Origin: Gemmatimonadota bacterium
GTDB taxonomy: Bacteria > Gemmatimonadota > Gemmatimonadetes > Gemmatimonadales > Gemmatimonadaceae
Direction of reading: 5' to 3'
NCBI GenBank assembly: GCA_025362095.1
Contig: JANYIJ010000100.1
Location: 775-64,774 of the forward strand
Length of the DNA: 64,000 nt
The notes under the pieces are model-generated. The model was not told where the DNA came from. It ran no database searches and saw only the letters and a program-made list of their open reading frames with translations. Shown here one piece after another: positions 8,249 to 17,165 of the stretch. The translations under genes and the position numbers were made by a program. Position 1 is the stretch's first letter. Each line of letters begins with the position of its first letter.

Positions 8249-10704
8249 TGTTTCGCCTTGCTCCCGTTGGGACCGATCGTCGTCTCCCACAACTTGAAGA
8301 TGCGATTGAATTCATCGGTCCAGCTCGCGGGCCGAGTGAAGCCGTGGTTCTCGACCGGGTAAGCGGCGAGATCCCAATTCGTTTTTCCGAGTTCGATCAG
8401 CCGCTCCTGAAGCCGCACGATGTCCTGAAAGTTCACATTCGTGTCGACCATGCCGTGCAGCATCAGCAGCGGATCTTCGAGGCCTTCCGCGTGGAAGATC
8501 GGCGACGAACGCTGATAGGCAATGCTGTCGTTCTGCGGAAGATTCAAAATCTGTCCCGTGTAGCCGTGATTGTAGTGCGCCCAGTCGGTGACGCTGCGAA
8601 TCGCGGCGCCGGCGCCGAAATACTTCGGAGCAGTAAAGAGCGCCATCAGCGTCATGAAGCCACCGTACGAGCCGCCGTACATGCCAATGCGCTCGGGGTG
8701 GATTCCATAATTCTTCGTGAGGTACTTGGAGCCGTCGACCTGGTCAGCCAGATCGCGGCCGCCCATGAACCGATAAATGGCGGTGCGCCAGTCGCGCCCG
8801 TAGCCCGCGCTCGCGCGATAATCGATGTCGAGCACGGTGTAGCCCTTGGACGCGAGATAGTGATTGAACATGTACTCGCGCGGATATGCGTTCTTCCAAA
8901 AATGTCCGACGTTGTGCAAATATCCCGCCCCGTGCACGAAGATCACGGCCGCGCCATTCGACTTGGCGCCCATGTCCTTGGGACGATAGATGTGCGCCGG
9001 CACCATCACGCCATCGCTGGCCGGAATCATCACGATCTCGGGGTTCAGCCATTTGAACGACAGCCACTCGGCAGTCGGCGAGCTCGTCATCTGCGTGCCC
9101 TTCGCGCCGGCGGCGCCGAGGTAAATCTCGCTCGGATGATTCACGAACGAGAGGTTGTCGGCCATCTGCGATTCATTGGGCGAGAGAATCACCTGATGGC
9201 CGCCTGCGCCAACCGTGAGCTTCGTTCGCGCGCCCCCAGCGATCGGCATCTTCCAGAAGTCATTGTCGTACGGCGACGTCTCGCTCGAGTGAAAATAGAA
9301 ACTCTGTTTGTCTGCCGAGAGCGCGACGTCGTAGATCTCGAACTTGCCGTTCGTGAGTGCGCGGCGGTCGCTGCCGTCTGCCGCGGTGGACCAGAGCTGG
9401 GCGAAGCCCGTGGCCTCGGAGCCGAAATAAATTCTGCGATCGTTATCGTAGAAACCCATGCAGCCCTGATTGCAGGGGCCGCCAGTCCACGCGGTGTCGC
9501 GAAGGGTTTCGATGATTTTGATATTGCCCGTTGCAGCATCGACAACGGAGATCTCGCGCGTCTTGAAGTTGTCGGCCTGGCCGACCACGATAGCCGCAGT
9601 TCCGGCGTCGTTCCACGTGGCGATGTTCGCGTTGGCGGCATTCGCTTCTTCACTCGCGATCGGCTTGAGCCACTTCACATCGCCGCGCGGAAGTGATTGA
9701 TAGCCGAAGCGCGTCGCGTTCTGAGCGTCGCCGACTTTCGTGCGGTTGGGAATGTCCTCGGTGAAGCCGCTCGCCGTCACATAGTTGGGGACGTTGCCCG
9801 TGCGCGCGTCGGCGGGAGCGGTAGTGGTGGTGAAGAGCACCGCGCTGCCGTTCGGACTCACCGAGATGTTCGCGACGCGCTCGTTGGCGGCGAGATTCAC
9901 CGCCTTCAATCCGGTTGCAGGGCGCGCAGCAGTTTCGACGCGACGAATCGAGTCGGCGCGCGCGATGTCCTTGATCGCGTCGAGGAGTTCGAGCTGATCG
10001 GCTTCAAGACGGCCACGCTGCGTGTTCAGCGCCGGGCCGCGACCCTGTGGGGGAGCTGCGCCGCCTGCGCCGCCGCCACCACCGCGCGCGCCACGTCCCC
10101 CGCCGCCGCCGCCGCCCGCTCCGCGACCGCCGGCCGCTGCAGCGGCAGCAGCATTTGCGTCAGCGGTGCGAATGTCGGTGAGCTGAGTGGTGCTGCCGTT
10201 CGTGATGTCGATGGAGAACGCGTTGCCGTCGCGGACGAACATCACCTTGGAGCCATCGGACGAGAAGCGAGGATTCGTCTCCGCTGCCGCAGTCTCCGTG
10301 AGGTGCCGCGCGGTGGAGCGGCGCATGTCCACCACGTAGAGGTCGCCGGCAAACGCGACGACTTTCATCGAGCGATCCTTCGAGTACGCGCCGTCGGCGA
10401 GCAGCGGGCCGACGGAATCGGACTGCGCAGGTGTGACCGTTTCAGGCTTTGCGCCGGCCTGTGCGCGGATGCGATACGGCTTCAGCGCGTCGCGGAAATC
10501 GGAACCGGGCGGGAGCCATGAGAAGTAGATCCACTGGCCGTCGGGAGTCCAGCGGATTTGCGCGGGCTCGCGGCCGTAGATCTCGGGGCCGCGCATCATG
10601 TTCTTGATGGTGAATTCGAACTTGACCGCGGACTGCGCGCTCAGCTGTGAACTGCAAACAGCGAGTGGTAAGACGCAAGACAGAAGGCGGCGGACTGAAG
10701 ACAT
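8245..10704 (-). CDS. Exported S9-family serine peptidase (prolyl oligopeptidase / dipeptidyl-peptidase type) with N-terminal beta-propeller
   Basis: Signal peptide MSSVRRLLSCVLPLAVCSSQLSAQ. C-terminal alpha/beta hydrolase with nucleophile motif GGSYGGFM, plus HGMVDTNV and YPVENHGF (Asp/His). TolB-like propeller repeats are present. Start set at ATG 10704; the track ORF to 11226 overlaps cstA. It contains a Gly/Arg/Ala low-complexity insert. Confidence 0.9.
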   Translation of the reverse strand: MSSVRRLLSCVLPLAVCSSQLSAQSAVKFEFTIKNMMRGPEIYGREPAQIRWTPDGQWIYFSWLPPGSDFRDALKPYRIRAQAGAKPETVTPAQSDSVGPLLADGAYSKDRSMKVVAFAGDLYVVDMRRSTARHLTETAAAETNPRFSSDGSKVMFVRDGNAFSIDITNGSTTQLTDIRTADANAAAAAAAGGRGAGGGGGGGRGARGGGGGAGGAAPPQGRGPALNTQRGRLEADQLELLDAIKDIARADSIRRVETAARPATGLKAVNLAANERVANISVSPNGSAVLFTTTTAPADARTGNVPNYVTASGFTEDIPNRTKVGDAQNATRFGYQSLPRGDVKWLKPIASEEANAANANIATWNDAGTAAIVVGQADNFKTREISVVDAATGNIKIIETLRDTAWTGGPCNQGCMGFYDNDRRIYFGSEATGFAQLWSTAADGSDRRALTNGKFEIYDVALSADKQSFYFHSSETSPYDNDFWKMPIAGGARTKLTVGAGGHQVILSPNESQMADNLSFVNHPSEIYLGAAGAKGTQMTSSPTAEWLSFKWLNPEIVMIPASDGVMVPAHIYRPKDMGAKSNGAAVIFVHGAGYLHNVGHFWKNAYPREYMFNHYLASKGYTVLDIDYRASAGYGRDWRTAIYRFMGGRDLADQVDGSKYLTKNYGIHPERIGMYGGSYGGFMTLMALFTAPKYFGAGAAIRSVTDWAHYNHGYTGQILNLPQNDSIAYQRSSPIFHAEGLEDPLLMLHGMVDTNVNFQDIVRLQERLIELGKTNWDLAAYPVENHGFTRPASWTDEFNRIFKLWETTIGPNGSKAKQ

Positions 10705-10724
10705 GCACAATGGCCTAGTTGGGG

Positions 10725-12791
10725 TCACGGCTGGGCGGAGGCGGTGCGGGCGTGGAAGGGGACTTCGGTGCTGACGGCCGGCCTGCTGCCGTTTATAACT
10801 CCGAGCCACACGCGCGCCGAGTCGGCGAGAATGACGATCACTGCAATCATGAAGACCGCCACGACTGCGGCGTCGAGGCGGTCGTTGAAAATCATTCTGG
10901 ACGCTTCGAACGCGTTCTTGGCGCCGGCGGGAAGTGCGCCGCCGGCCACGATAGAAGCAAGTGAGTTCGCATGCGAAAGAAATCCGAGCTTTGGATCTGC
11001 CGAGAAAATTTTCTGCGATCCGCCGGTGAGCGCGACGATCGAGAGCCAGGTGAGCGGGATGATGGTGATGAACGAGTACTTCACCTTGCCCATCCGGATG
11101 ATCACCGTCGTGCCGACGCAGAGTGCGATCGCTGCGAGAAGCTGATTCGAAATGCCGAAAATCGGCCAGAGGAGATTCACACCGCCGAGCGGATCTGTCA
11201 CGCCCTGGTAGAGGAAATATCCCCACGAACCCACGACAATCGCACTCGACAGGAGAATGGCGGGATACCAGTTCGTTCGCCCGAACGGTTTCCAGATGTG
11301 CTTGCCCAAATCCTGAAGCATGAAGCGACCCACGCGCGTACCTGCGTCGAGCGTCGTCAAAATGAAGAGCGCCTCAAACATGATCGCGAAATGATACCAG
11401 AGGGCCATCGAGCCGTCGCCGCCCAGCACCTTCGCGAAAATATTCGCCATGCCAACTGCGAGGGACGGTGCGCCGCCCGTGCGTGAGAGCAACGACGTCT
11501 CGTGCACTTTCGCTGCGAGCGCGGTCATCTCGGCGGGCGTGATAACAAATCCCCACTGCGTGATCACTTGCGATGCGCTCTCGACCGTGGTGCCGATCAA
11601 ACCCGCCGGCGCGTTGATCGCGAAGTACGTGCCCGGCGTGAGGATGCAGGCCGCAATCAGCGCGAGCGTGGCGACGAGCGACTCGCTGAGCATTGCGCCG
11701 TAGCCGATGAAGCGCGCGTCCGCTTCATTCGCAAGCAGCTTGGGCGTGGTGCCCGATGAAATCAGCGCGTGGAATCCGCTGATCGCACCGCAGGCGATCG
11801 TGATGAACACGAACGGGAAAACTTTTCCGGCGAACAGGGGGCCGGTGCCGTCGATGAACCGCGTGGTGGGCGGCATCTGCAGCGGCGGGAGCAGAATGAA
11901 GATTCCGCCCGCGAGCGCGACGACTACGCCGATCTTCACGAACGCCGAGAGATAGCCGCGCGGCGCGAGGAGCAGCCACACGGGCACGACCGATGCGAAG
12001 AACGCGTAGACCACGGTGGCGATCGCGAGCTGGATCGCCGTAAGCGTGAAGATCGGCGCGAGCGTCGGGCTGTCCGCCACCCAGCGACCCGCGAACAGCG
12101 AGATGGCGAGCAGGATCACTCCGATCGCCGTCGTCTCCAGCACACGGCCCGGACGCACGTAGCGCATCCAGAGTCCCATGATGATCGCGATCGGAATCGT
12201 GAGGCCGAGCGTGACGGTTCCCCATGGGCTCGACCGCAGCGCATTCACCACGATCAGCGCGAGGACGGCCATCAGAATGATCATGATGCCAAACGTGGCG
12301 ACGAGCGCGGTGAATCCGGCGATCGGCCCGATCTCTTCTTTCGCCATCTGGCCGAGGGATTTTCCGTCGCGGCGCGTGGAGGCGCAGAGGATCACGCAAT
12401 CTTGCACCGCACCGCCGAGCGCGACGCCGACCACGATCCAGATGAAGCCCGGCAAAAATCCAAACTGCGCGGCAAGTGTAGGACCTACGAGCGGGCCGGG
12501 GCCTGCGATCGCGGCGAAGTGCTGGCCGAAGACGATCCACCTGTTGGTGGGAACGAAGTCGCGGCCGTCGGCGAGCCGTTCTGCAGGCGTCTGCCGCGCG
12601 GGATCGAGCGCGAAGATTTTTGCGGAGATGATCTTGGAGTAAAAGCGGTATGCGATCGCGTAACTGCAGATCGCCGCGGTGAGCAGCCAGCCGGCGGAGA
12701 CATGTTCGCCTCGCTGGAGCGCAAGGAAGCCGAACGCGCCGGCGCCGAGGAGGGCGACGCAGGACCAGAGGAGAGCTTTCAGGATTCGCAT
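10725..12791 (-). CDS. cstA: Carbon starvation protein A family transporter
   Basis: 688 aa polytopic membrane protein. The CstA N-terminus is unmistakable (AICSYAIAYRFYSKIISAKIFALDPARQTPAE...DGRDFVPTNRWIVFGQHFAAIAGPGPLVGP). Confidence 0.95.
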   Translation of the reverse strand: MRILKALLWSCVALLGAGAFGFLALQRGEHVSAGWLLTAAICSYAIAYRFYSKIISAKIFALDPARQTPAERLADGRDFVPTNRWIVFGQHFAAIAGPGPLVGPTLAAQFGFLPGFIWIVVGVALGGAVQDCVILCASTRRDGKSLGQMAKEEIGPIAGFTALVATFGIMIILMAVLALIVVNALRSSPWGTVTLGLTIPIAIIMGLWMRYVRPGRVLETTAIGVILLAISLFAGRWVADSPTLAPIFTLTAIQLAIATVVYAFFASVVPVWLLLAPRGYLSAFVKIGVVVALAGGIFILLPPLQMPPTTRFIDGTGPLFAGKVFPFVFITIACGAISGFHALISSGTTPKLLANEADARFIGYGAMLSESLVATLALIAACILTPGTYFAINAPAGLIGTTVESASQVITQWGFVITPAEMTALAAKVHETSLLSRTGGAPSLAVGMANIFAKVLGGDGSMALWYHFAIMFEALFILTTLDAGTRVGRFMLQDLGKHIWKPFGRTNWYPAILLSSAIVVGSWGYFLYQGVTDPLGGVNLLWPIFGISNQLLAAIALCVGTTVIIRMGKVKYSFITIIPLTWLSIVALTGGSQKIFSADPKLGFLSHANSLASIVAGGALPAGAKNAFEASRMIFNDRLDAAVVAVFMIAVIVILADSARVWLGVINGSRPAVSTEVPFHARTASAQP

Positions 12792-12892
12792 GGGAGAGAA
12801 TGTGCGGTTCCGCTCGCCATAGCCGCAACCATATAGATAGGTGGGAAGCGATTATCTTTCGGACGCGTAAACAACCTCTTACAACGGGACAG

Positions 12893-13540
12893 ATGACCCG
12901 ATCGCTGAGGATTGCCGGGGTTTTCTCCCTCCTGCTCGCAGGGTGGGCGGGAAGCCTTCAGGCGCAGCAAAAGAAGCCCGATGCTGGGAACAAACCGCAG
13001 CCGCCGCTCTCGCCGATGGCGTCGCAGAAAGTGATGGTGCTGCCGGTGCAGCTGTTGCGGGCTGACAGCGGCGCGTGGGTGGATCAGAGCAAGTGGGAGA
13101 AGTTCCGCCGGGAGCTCGACGATTCGATCGCGTCGGCGATCGCGAACCGCGGGGTGGGGAAGACGTGGAAATACGCGTCGGACGTGGTGCGGATCGCGAA
13201 GCGGAATCCGGAGTACGTGAACGACGTGTACTCGATGGGCGTGCAGCCCATGCGGGCGGTGAAGTACAAGATCGGCGAGCCGATCCCGGATCTGCTCAAC
13301 AACAACCTGCGGCTTTTGATCGGCATTGCCGATACTCGATATGTGCTCCTGCCCGTGGAAGTCTGGTTTGCGCGGAAGGGCCCGCAGCAGATCGCGGTGC
13401 TGAAGCTGGCGATGGTGGATGGGAGAGGGGGCACGTTTGTCTGGATGGGCGAGGTGGGGACAGATCCCGCGACGTCGTTCACGCCGGCGCTGATCAGTTC
13501 ACTCGCGGCGCGCGTCGCGGATCTGGTTGTGGCGCCGTAA
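12893..13540 (+). CDS. Hypothetical exported protein
   Basis: Start set at MTRSLRIAGVFSLLLAGWAGSLQAQ (signal peptide). I recognise no domain. Codon usage is consistent with the neighbouring genes. Confidence 0.6.
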   Translation: MTRSLRIAGVFSLLLAGWAGSLQAQQKKPDAGNKPQPPLSPMASQKVMVLPVQLLRADSGAWVDQSKWEKFRRELDDSIASAIANRGVGKTWKYASDVVRIAKRNPEYVNDVYSMGVQPMRAVKYKIGEPIPDLLNNNLRLLIGIADTRYVLLPVEVWFARKGPQQIAVLKLAMVDGRGGTFVWMGEVGTDPATSFTPALISSLAARVADLVVAP

Positions 13541-13562
13541 CACCAAATATTTTCCCGAGAAC

Positions 13563-14585
13563 ATGACTCGTTCAGTCACACTGATTCCAGGCGACGGCAT
13601 CGGGCCGTCGATCACCGACGCCACCGTTCGTTTGCTCGACGCGGCGGGCGCGGATATTTCGTGGGACCGCCAGCTCGCGGGCGCGGCGGCGGTCGCGGCC
13701 GTCAACGATCCGATTCCGGAGGCGACGCTCGCGAGCATCAAAAAGAACAAGCTCGCGCTCAAGGGTCCGCTCGAGACTGCTTTGGGAAAAGGTTTTCGCT
13801 CGATCAACGTCGCGCTGCGGCAGGCGTTTGAGCTGTACGCGAATGTGCGGCCTGCGAAAACGGTGCTCACCGGGCTCAAGTTCTCCGGCGTCGATATCGT
13901 GCTCGTGCGCGAGAACACCGAAGGGCTGTATATCGGCATCGAGAACTACATCAAGATTGGCGACGATCCGATGGCGGCCGCGCAGTCGATGGCGGTGATC
14001 ACGCGGTTCGGATCGGAACGGATCATCCGATATGCGTTCGAGTACGCGAAAGCGCACGGGCGGAAGAAGGTCTCGCTCGTGCACAAGGCGAACATTTTGA
14101 AATATTCGCAGGGATTGTTCCTCGAAGTTGGACGCTCGATCGCGAAGGAATATGAAGGCGTTGTGGCGTGTGAGGAGAAGATTGTCGATGCGTGCGCGAT
14201 GGAGCTCGTGATCAAGCCGGAGCGCTTCGACGTGATCGTCACGACGAATCTGTTCGGAGATATTCTCAGCGATCTCACCTCAGGACTCGTCGGGGGGCTC
14301 GGCCTCACGCCCGGCGCGAACATCGGCAAAGACGTGGCGATCTTCGAGGCCGTGCACGGAACGGCACCCGATATCGCCGGCAAGGGAATCGCGAATCCCA
14401 CGGCAGTGATGCTCGCTGCATGCCAGCTGCTCGATCATATCGGCGACACGCCGCGCGCGTCGCGCGTGAAGAATGCGATCGAGAAAACGCTGCGCGAGCG
14501 CACCGCGCTCACCGGCGATGTCGGCGGCACCGCCACCACGGAGCAGTTCACCGACGCCGTCATCGGCAACCTCAGCGCGGCCTGA
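13563..14585 (+). CDS. Isocitrate/isopropylmalate dehydrogenase family protein (NAD-dependent isocitrate dehydrogenase-like)
   Basis: MTRSVTLIPGDGIGPSI N-terminus, FRSINVALRQ, ENTEGLY and NLFGDILSDL (family signature). About 340 aa, as for IDH3-type enzymes. Confidence 0.85.
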   Translation: MTRSVTLIPGDGIGPSITDATVRLLDAAGADISWDRQLAGAAAVAAVNDPIPEATLASIKKNKLALKGPLETALGKGFRSINVALRQAFELYANVRPAKTVLTGLKFSGVDIVLVRENTEGLYIGIENYIKIGDDPMAAAQSMAVITRFGSERIIRYAFEYAKAHGRKKVSLVHKANILKYSQGLFLEVGRSIAKEYEGVVACEEKIVDACAMELVIKPERFDVIVTTNLFGDILSDLTSGLVGGLGLTPGANIGKDVAIFEAVHGTAPDIAGKGIANPTAVMLAACQLLDHIGDTPRASRVKNAIEKTLRERTALTGDVGGTATTEQFTDAVIGNLSAA

Positions 14586-15409
14586 TGGCGTTGCGCCTGC
14601 TTCACGTCTCCGACCTGCATTTCGGCCGCTCGAGCGTGGCGGCGCAGGTGGAAGGCGTGGAGCGGTTGTTCGAGAGCGAGCAGTTCGATGCGATCGTCAT
14701 CTCGGGCGATCTCTCGCAGTGCTCGCGCCGGCGCGAGTTGGAGCGCGCGAGAAAATTCGTCGACGACGCGGCGCGTCACGCGCCCGTGCTGGTCATTCCG
14801 GGCAATCACGACACCGCGTGGTGGACGGCGCCGTTGGGACTCGGCTCGGTGCGCGCGATGACCGCGCGCTATCGACAGTATGTGAACGAGGAGTTGGAGC
14901 CGGTGTTGCACATTCCCGGCGCGACGATTGTAGGACTCAACTCCTCGCACGGGATTCGCGCGTACACGCTCACGGCGCGACCGCGCGATCTATCCGTAGT
15001 GGGCGCGGTGGTTACGGCGCAGTGGGACAAGGCGAAGCATGCATTTGCGCAAGCACCGAAAAAGGACGTGAAGGTGCTTGTGATTCATCACAACCTGCTG
15101 CGTGGTGAAATCTCGAATCGCTGGGGATTGGCCAACCGCGCGAGTGGAATCGAAAACGCCGTTGCGACCGGAGCGCAGATCGTGCTATGCGGGCACGACC
15201 ATCAGGCCGCCGTCGATTGTGTCGACCTGAACGGGAAGCGGACGGTGGTGGTGTGCGCGAGCACGCTGACGACGCGCGTTCGCGGCGGCGGGCCGGGGGC
15301 GATCAACGTGCTGGAGATCGATGATCAAACGGTGCAGGTGAGCGTGATGCAGTGGAGTGATCAGGAGAAGGCATTCACGCGGGCGATCTGGTCGAAATAC
15401 TCGCGATGA
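14585..15409 (+). CDS. Calcineurin-like metallophosphoesterase
   Basis: Motifs LHVSDLHFG, SGDLS, GNHD, VIHHN and GHDH appear in canonical order. The ATG at 14585 overlaps the upstream stop (TGATG). Confidence 0.85.
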   Translation: MALRLLHVSDLHFGRSSVAAQVEGVERLFESEQFDAIVISGDLSQCSRRRELERARKFVDDAARHAPVLVIPGNHDTAWWTAPLGLGSVRAMTARYRQYVNEELEPVLHIPGATIVGLNSSHGIRAYTLTARPRDLSVVGAVVTAQWDKAKHAFAQAPKKDVKVLVIHHNLLRGEISNRWGLANRASGIENAVATGAQIVLCGHDHQAAVDCVDLNGKRTVVVCASTLTTRVRGGGPGAINVLEIDDQTVQVSVMQWSDQEKAFTRAIWSKYSR

Positions 15410-15918
15410 CATCACTACCGGAAATAGTCGACAACCCCTCGAATACGCTGCACGACATGATACGTACGATCCGCCGCGCAGTCCGTGACGCTATCGCAGC
15501 GCGAGCCGCCCAGCCGAAACACAGCGTACGAATCGCGCGACCGTCGCGAGCGCGGCGCGCGGCGCGCACGCACCCGGACGACGAACCGATCGCGATGGAG
15601 CTGCAGCTGTGGCACGGCCGCCTGAATGCCAAGCGATTCGACGACGCGCTTTCGACGATCCCGGTTCGGGTCTTGCGGCGCATGCGGTCGCGACTCGGCC
15701 ACTACGCGCCGGCCCAGCGTGGTCAGCCAGCCGAGATCGCGATATCGACGCGCCACGTGAAGCGGCACGGGTTCGAACAGGCGCTGCAAACGCTGCTGCA
15801 CGAGATGGTCCATCAATGGCAGGACGAAATGAAACTGCCGCTCGGCCACGGGCCCGACTTCCGGGAGAAGGCACGCGCAGTTGGGATCACCGCACGCGCC
15901 AAACGTTCTGTGGACTGA
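15406..15918 (+). CDS. SprT-like zinc metalloprotease domain protein
   Basis: HEMVHQW (HExxH) is followed by HGPDF. SprT-like context RLGHYAP...IAIS. The ATGA overlap indicates translational coupling to the phosphoesterase gene. Confidence 0.75.
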   Translation: MTSLPEIVDNPSNTLHDMIRTIRRAVRDAIAARAAQPKHSVRIARPSRARRAARTHPDDEPIAMELQLWHGRLNAKRFDDALSTIPVRVLRRMRSRLGHYAPAQRGQPAEIAISTRHVKRHGFEQALQTLLHEMVHQWQDEMKLPLGHGPDFREKARAVGITARAKRSVD

Positions 15919-15929
15919 TATCTTTCGGC

Positions 15930-17159
15930 ATGTCCTCTCACGACAACGACACCCATCTCGCCTCGCCGCAGCTGAAGCCGCGCGACGGCGATCTTTTCAA
16001 TATCGACGCCGCTCTCACCGAAGAAGAGCGCGCAGTTCGCGATTCGGTTCGTCGCTTTGTGGACGAACAGGTGCTCCCGATCATAGGGGAGCAATATGTG
16101 AAAGGCGGTTTCCCCAAGGAACTCGTCGCGCCGATGGCCGAGCTCGGGGTGTTCGGCGCAAACCTTCCCGAGAAGTACGGCTGCGCCGGGCTCAACAATG
16201 TGAGCTACGGGCTCATCATGCAGGAGCTCGAGCGCGGCGACAGCGGCATTCGCTCGTTCGCGTCGGTGCAGGGCGCGCTGGTGATGTATCCCATTTATGC
16301 TTTCGGCAGCGAAGAGCAGAAAATGACGTGGCTGCCCCAGATGGCGAAGGGCGAAGTGATTGGCTGCTTCGGACTCACCGAGCCCGACTACGGATCGAAT
16401 CCGGCGGGAATGATCACACGGGCCCGTGAGCAGAAAGACGGATCGTGGATTCTGAATGGCAGCAAGATGTGGATCACGAACGGATCCACGGCGCAGGTCT
16501 GCGTGGTGTGGGCGAAAACCGCTGACAATGATGCAGACGGAAAATCGATCCGCGGCTTCATCGTGCCCACGGATTCGAAAGGATTCAGCGCAAAAGATCA
16601 AAAGGGAAAACTTTCACTGCGCGCGTCGGATACGAGCGAACTCGTGTTCAGCGATGTGAAACTGCCGGCCGATGCGATCCTTCCCGGCTCCGGCGGTCTC
16701 AAGAGCCCGCTCATGTGCCTCACACAGGCGCGCTACGGAATTTCCTGGGGCGCGCTCGGCGCCGCGATGGCGTGCTACGAAGAAGCGCTCGCGTACGCCA
16801 AGCAGCGTGTGATGTTCGACAAAGTCATCGCGCAGTTCCAGATCCAGCAAGTGCGGCTGGCCGAGATGGTGACGGAGATCATCAAGGGACAGCTGCTCTC
16901 ACTTCATCTGGGAAGGATGAAGGACGCTGGGACGTTCAATCCGCAGCAGGTGAGCGTGGCGAAGAGGAACAATGTCGATATCGCGACGAACATCGCTCGC
17001 GAGGCGCGCAGACTACTCGGGGCGAACGGGATTTTGGCCGAGTATGCCTCGATGCGGCATATGGCGAATCTTGAGAGCGTGTACACATACGAAGGGACTC
17101 ATGATGTGCATTCGCTCATCATCGGGCAGGCCGTTACCGGCTTTAATGCTTTCAAATAG
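15930..17159 (+). CDS. gcdH: Glutaryl-CoA dehydrogenase-type acyl-CoA dehydrogenase
   Basis: 409 aa from ATG 15930. It has the LTEEERAVRDSVRRFV N-terminus, GCFGLTEPDYGSNPAGM, WITNG and a C-terminal YEGTHDVHSLIIG typical of GCDH. Confidence 0.85.
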   Translation: MSSHDNDTHLASPQLKPRDGDLFNIDAALTEEERAVRDSVRRFVDEQVLPIIGEQYVKGGFPKELVAPMAELGVFGANLPEKYGCAGLNNVSYGLIMQELERGDSGIRSFASVQGALVMYPIYAFGSEEQKMTWLPQMAKGEVIGCFGLTEPDYGSNPAGMITRAREQKDGSWILNGSKMWITNGSTAQVCVVWAKTADNDADGKSIRGFIVPTDSKGFSAKDQKGKLSLRASDTSELVFSDVKLPADAILPGSGGLKSPLMCLTQARYGISWGALGAAMACYEEALAYAKQRVMFDKVIAQFQIQQVRLAEMVTEIIKGQLLSLHLGRMKDAGTFNPQQVSVAKRNNVDIATNIAREARRLLGANGILAEYASMRHMANLESVYTYEGTHDVHSLIIGQAVTGFNAFK

Positions 17160-17165
17160 CTGGAG

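Noticed and set aside
10705-11226. N-terminal 174-codon extension of the S9 peptidase ORF in the track
   Set aside because: It overlaps the 3' end of cstA and is Arg-rich. A clean signal peptide begins at the internal ATG (10704). Similar upstream extensions were trimmed for 3528-3599, 4604-4813, 12800-12892, 13527-13562, 14192-14584, 15609-15929, 21683-21736, 22609-22740, 25240-25383, 25470-25745, 40581-40748, 46401-46484, 49001-49090, 49663-49893 and 63225-63392.
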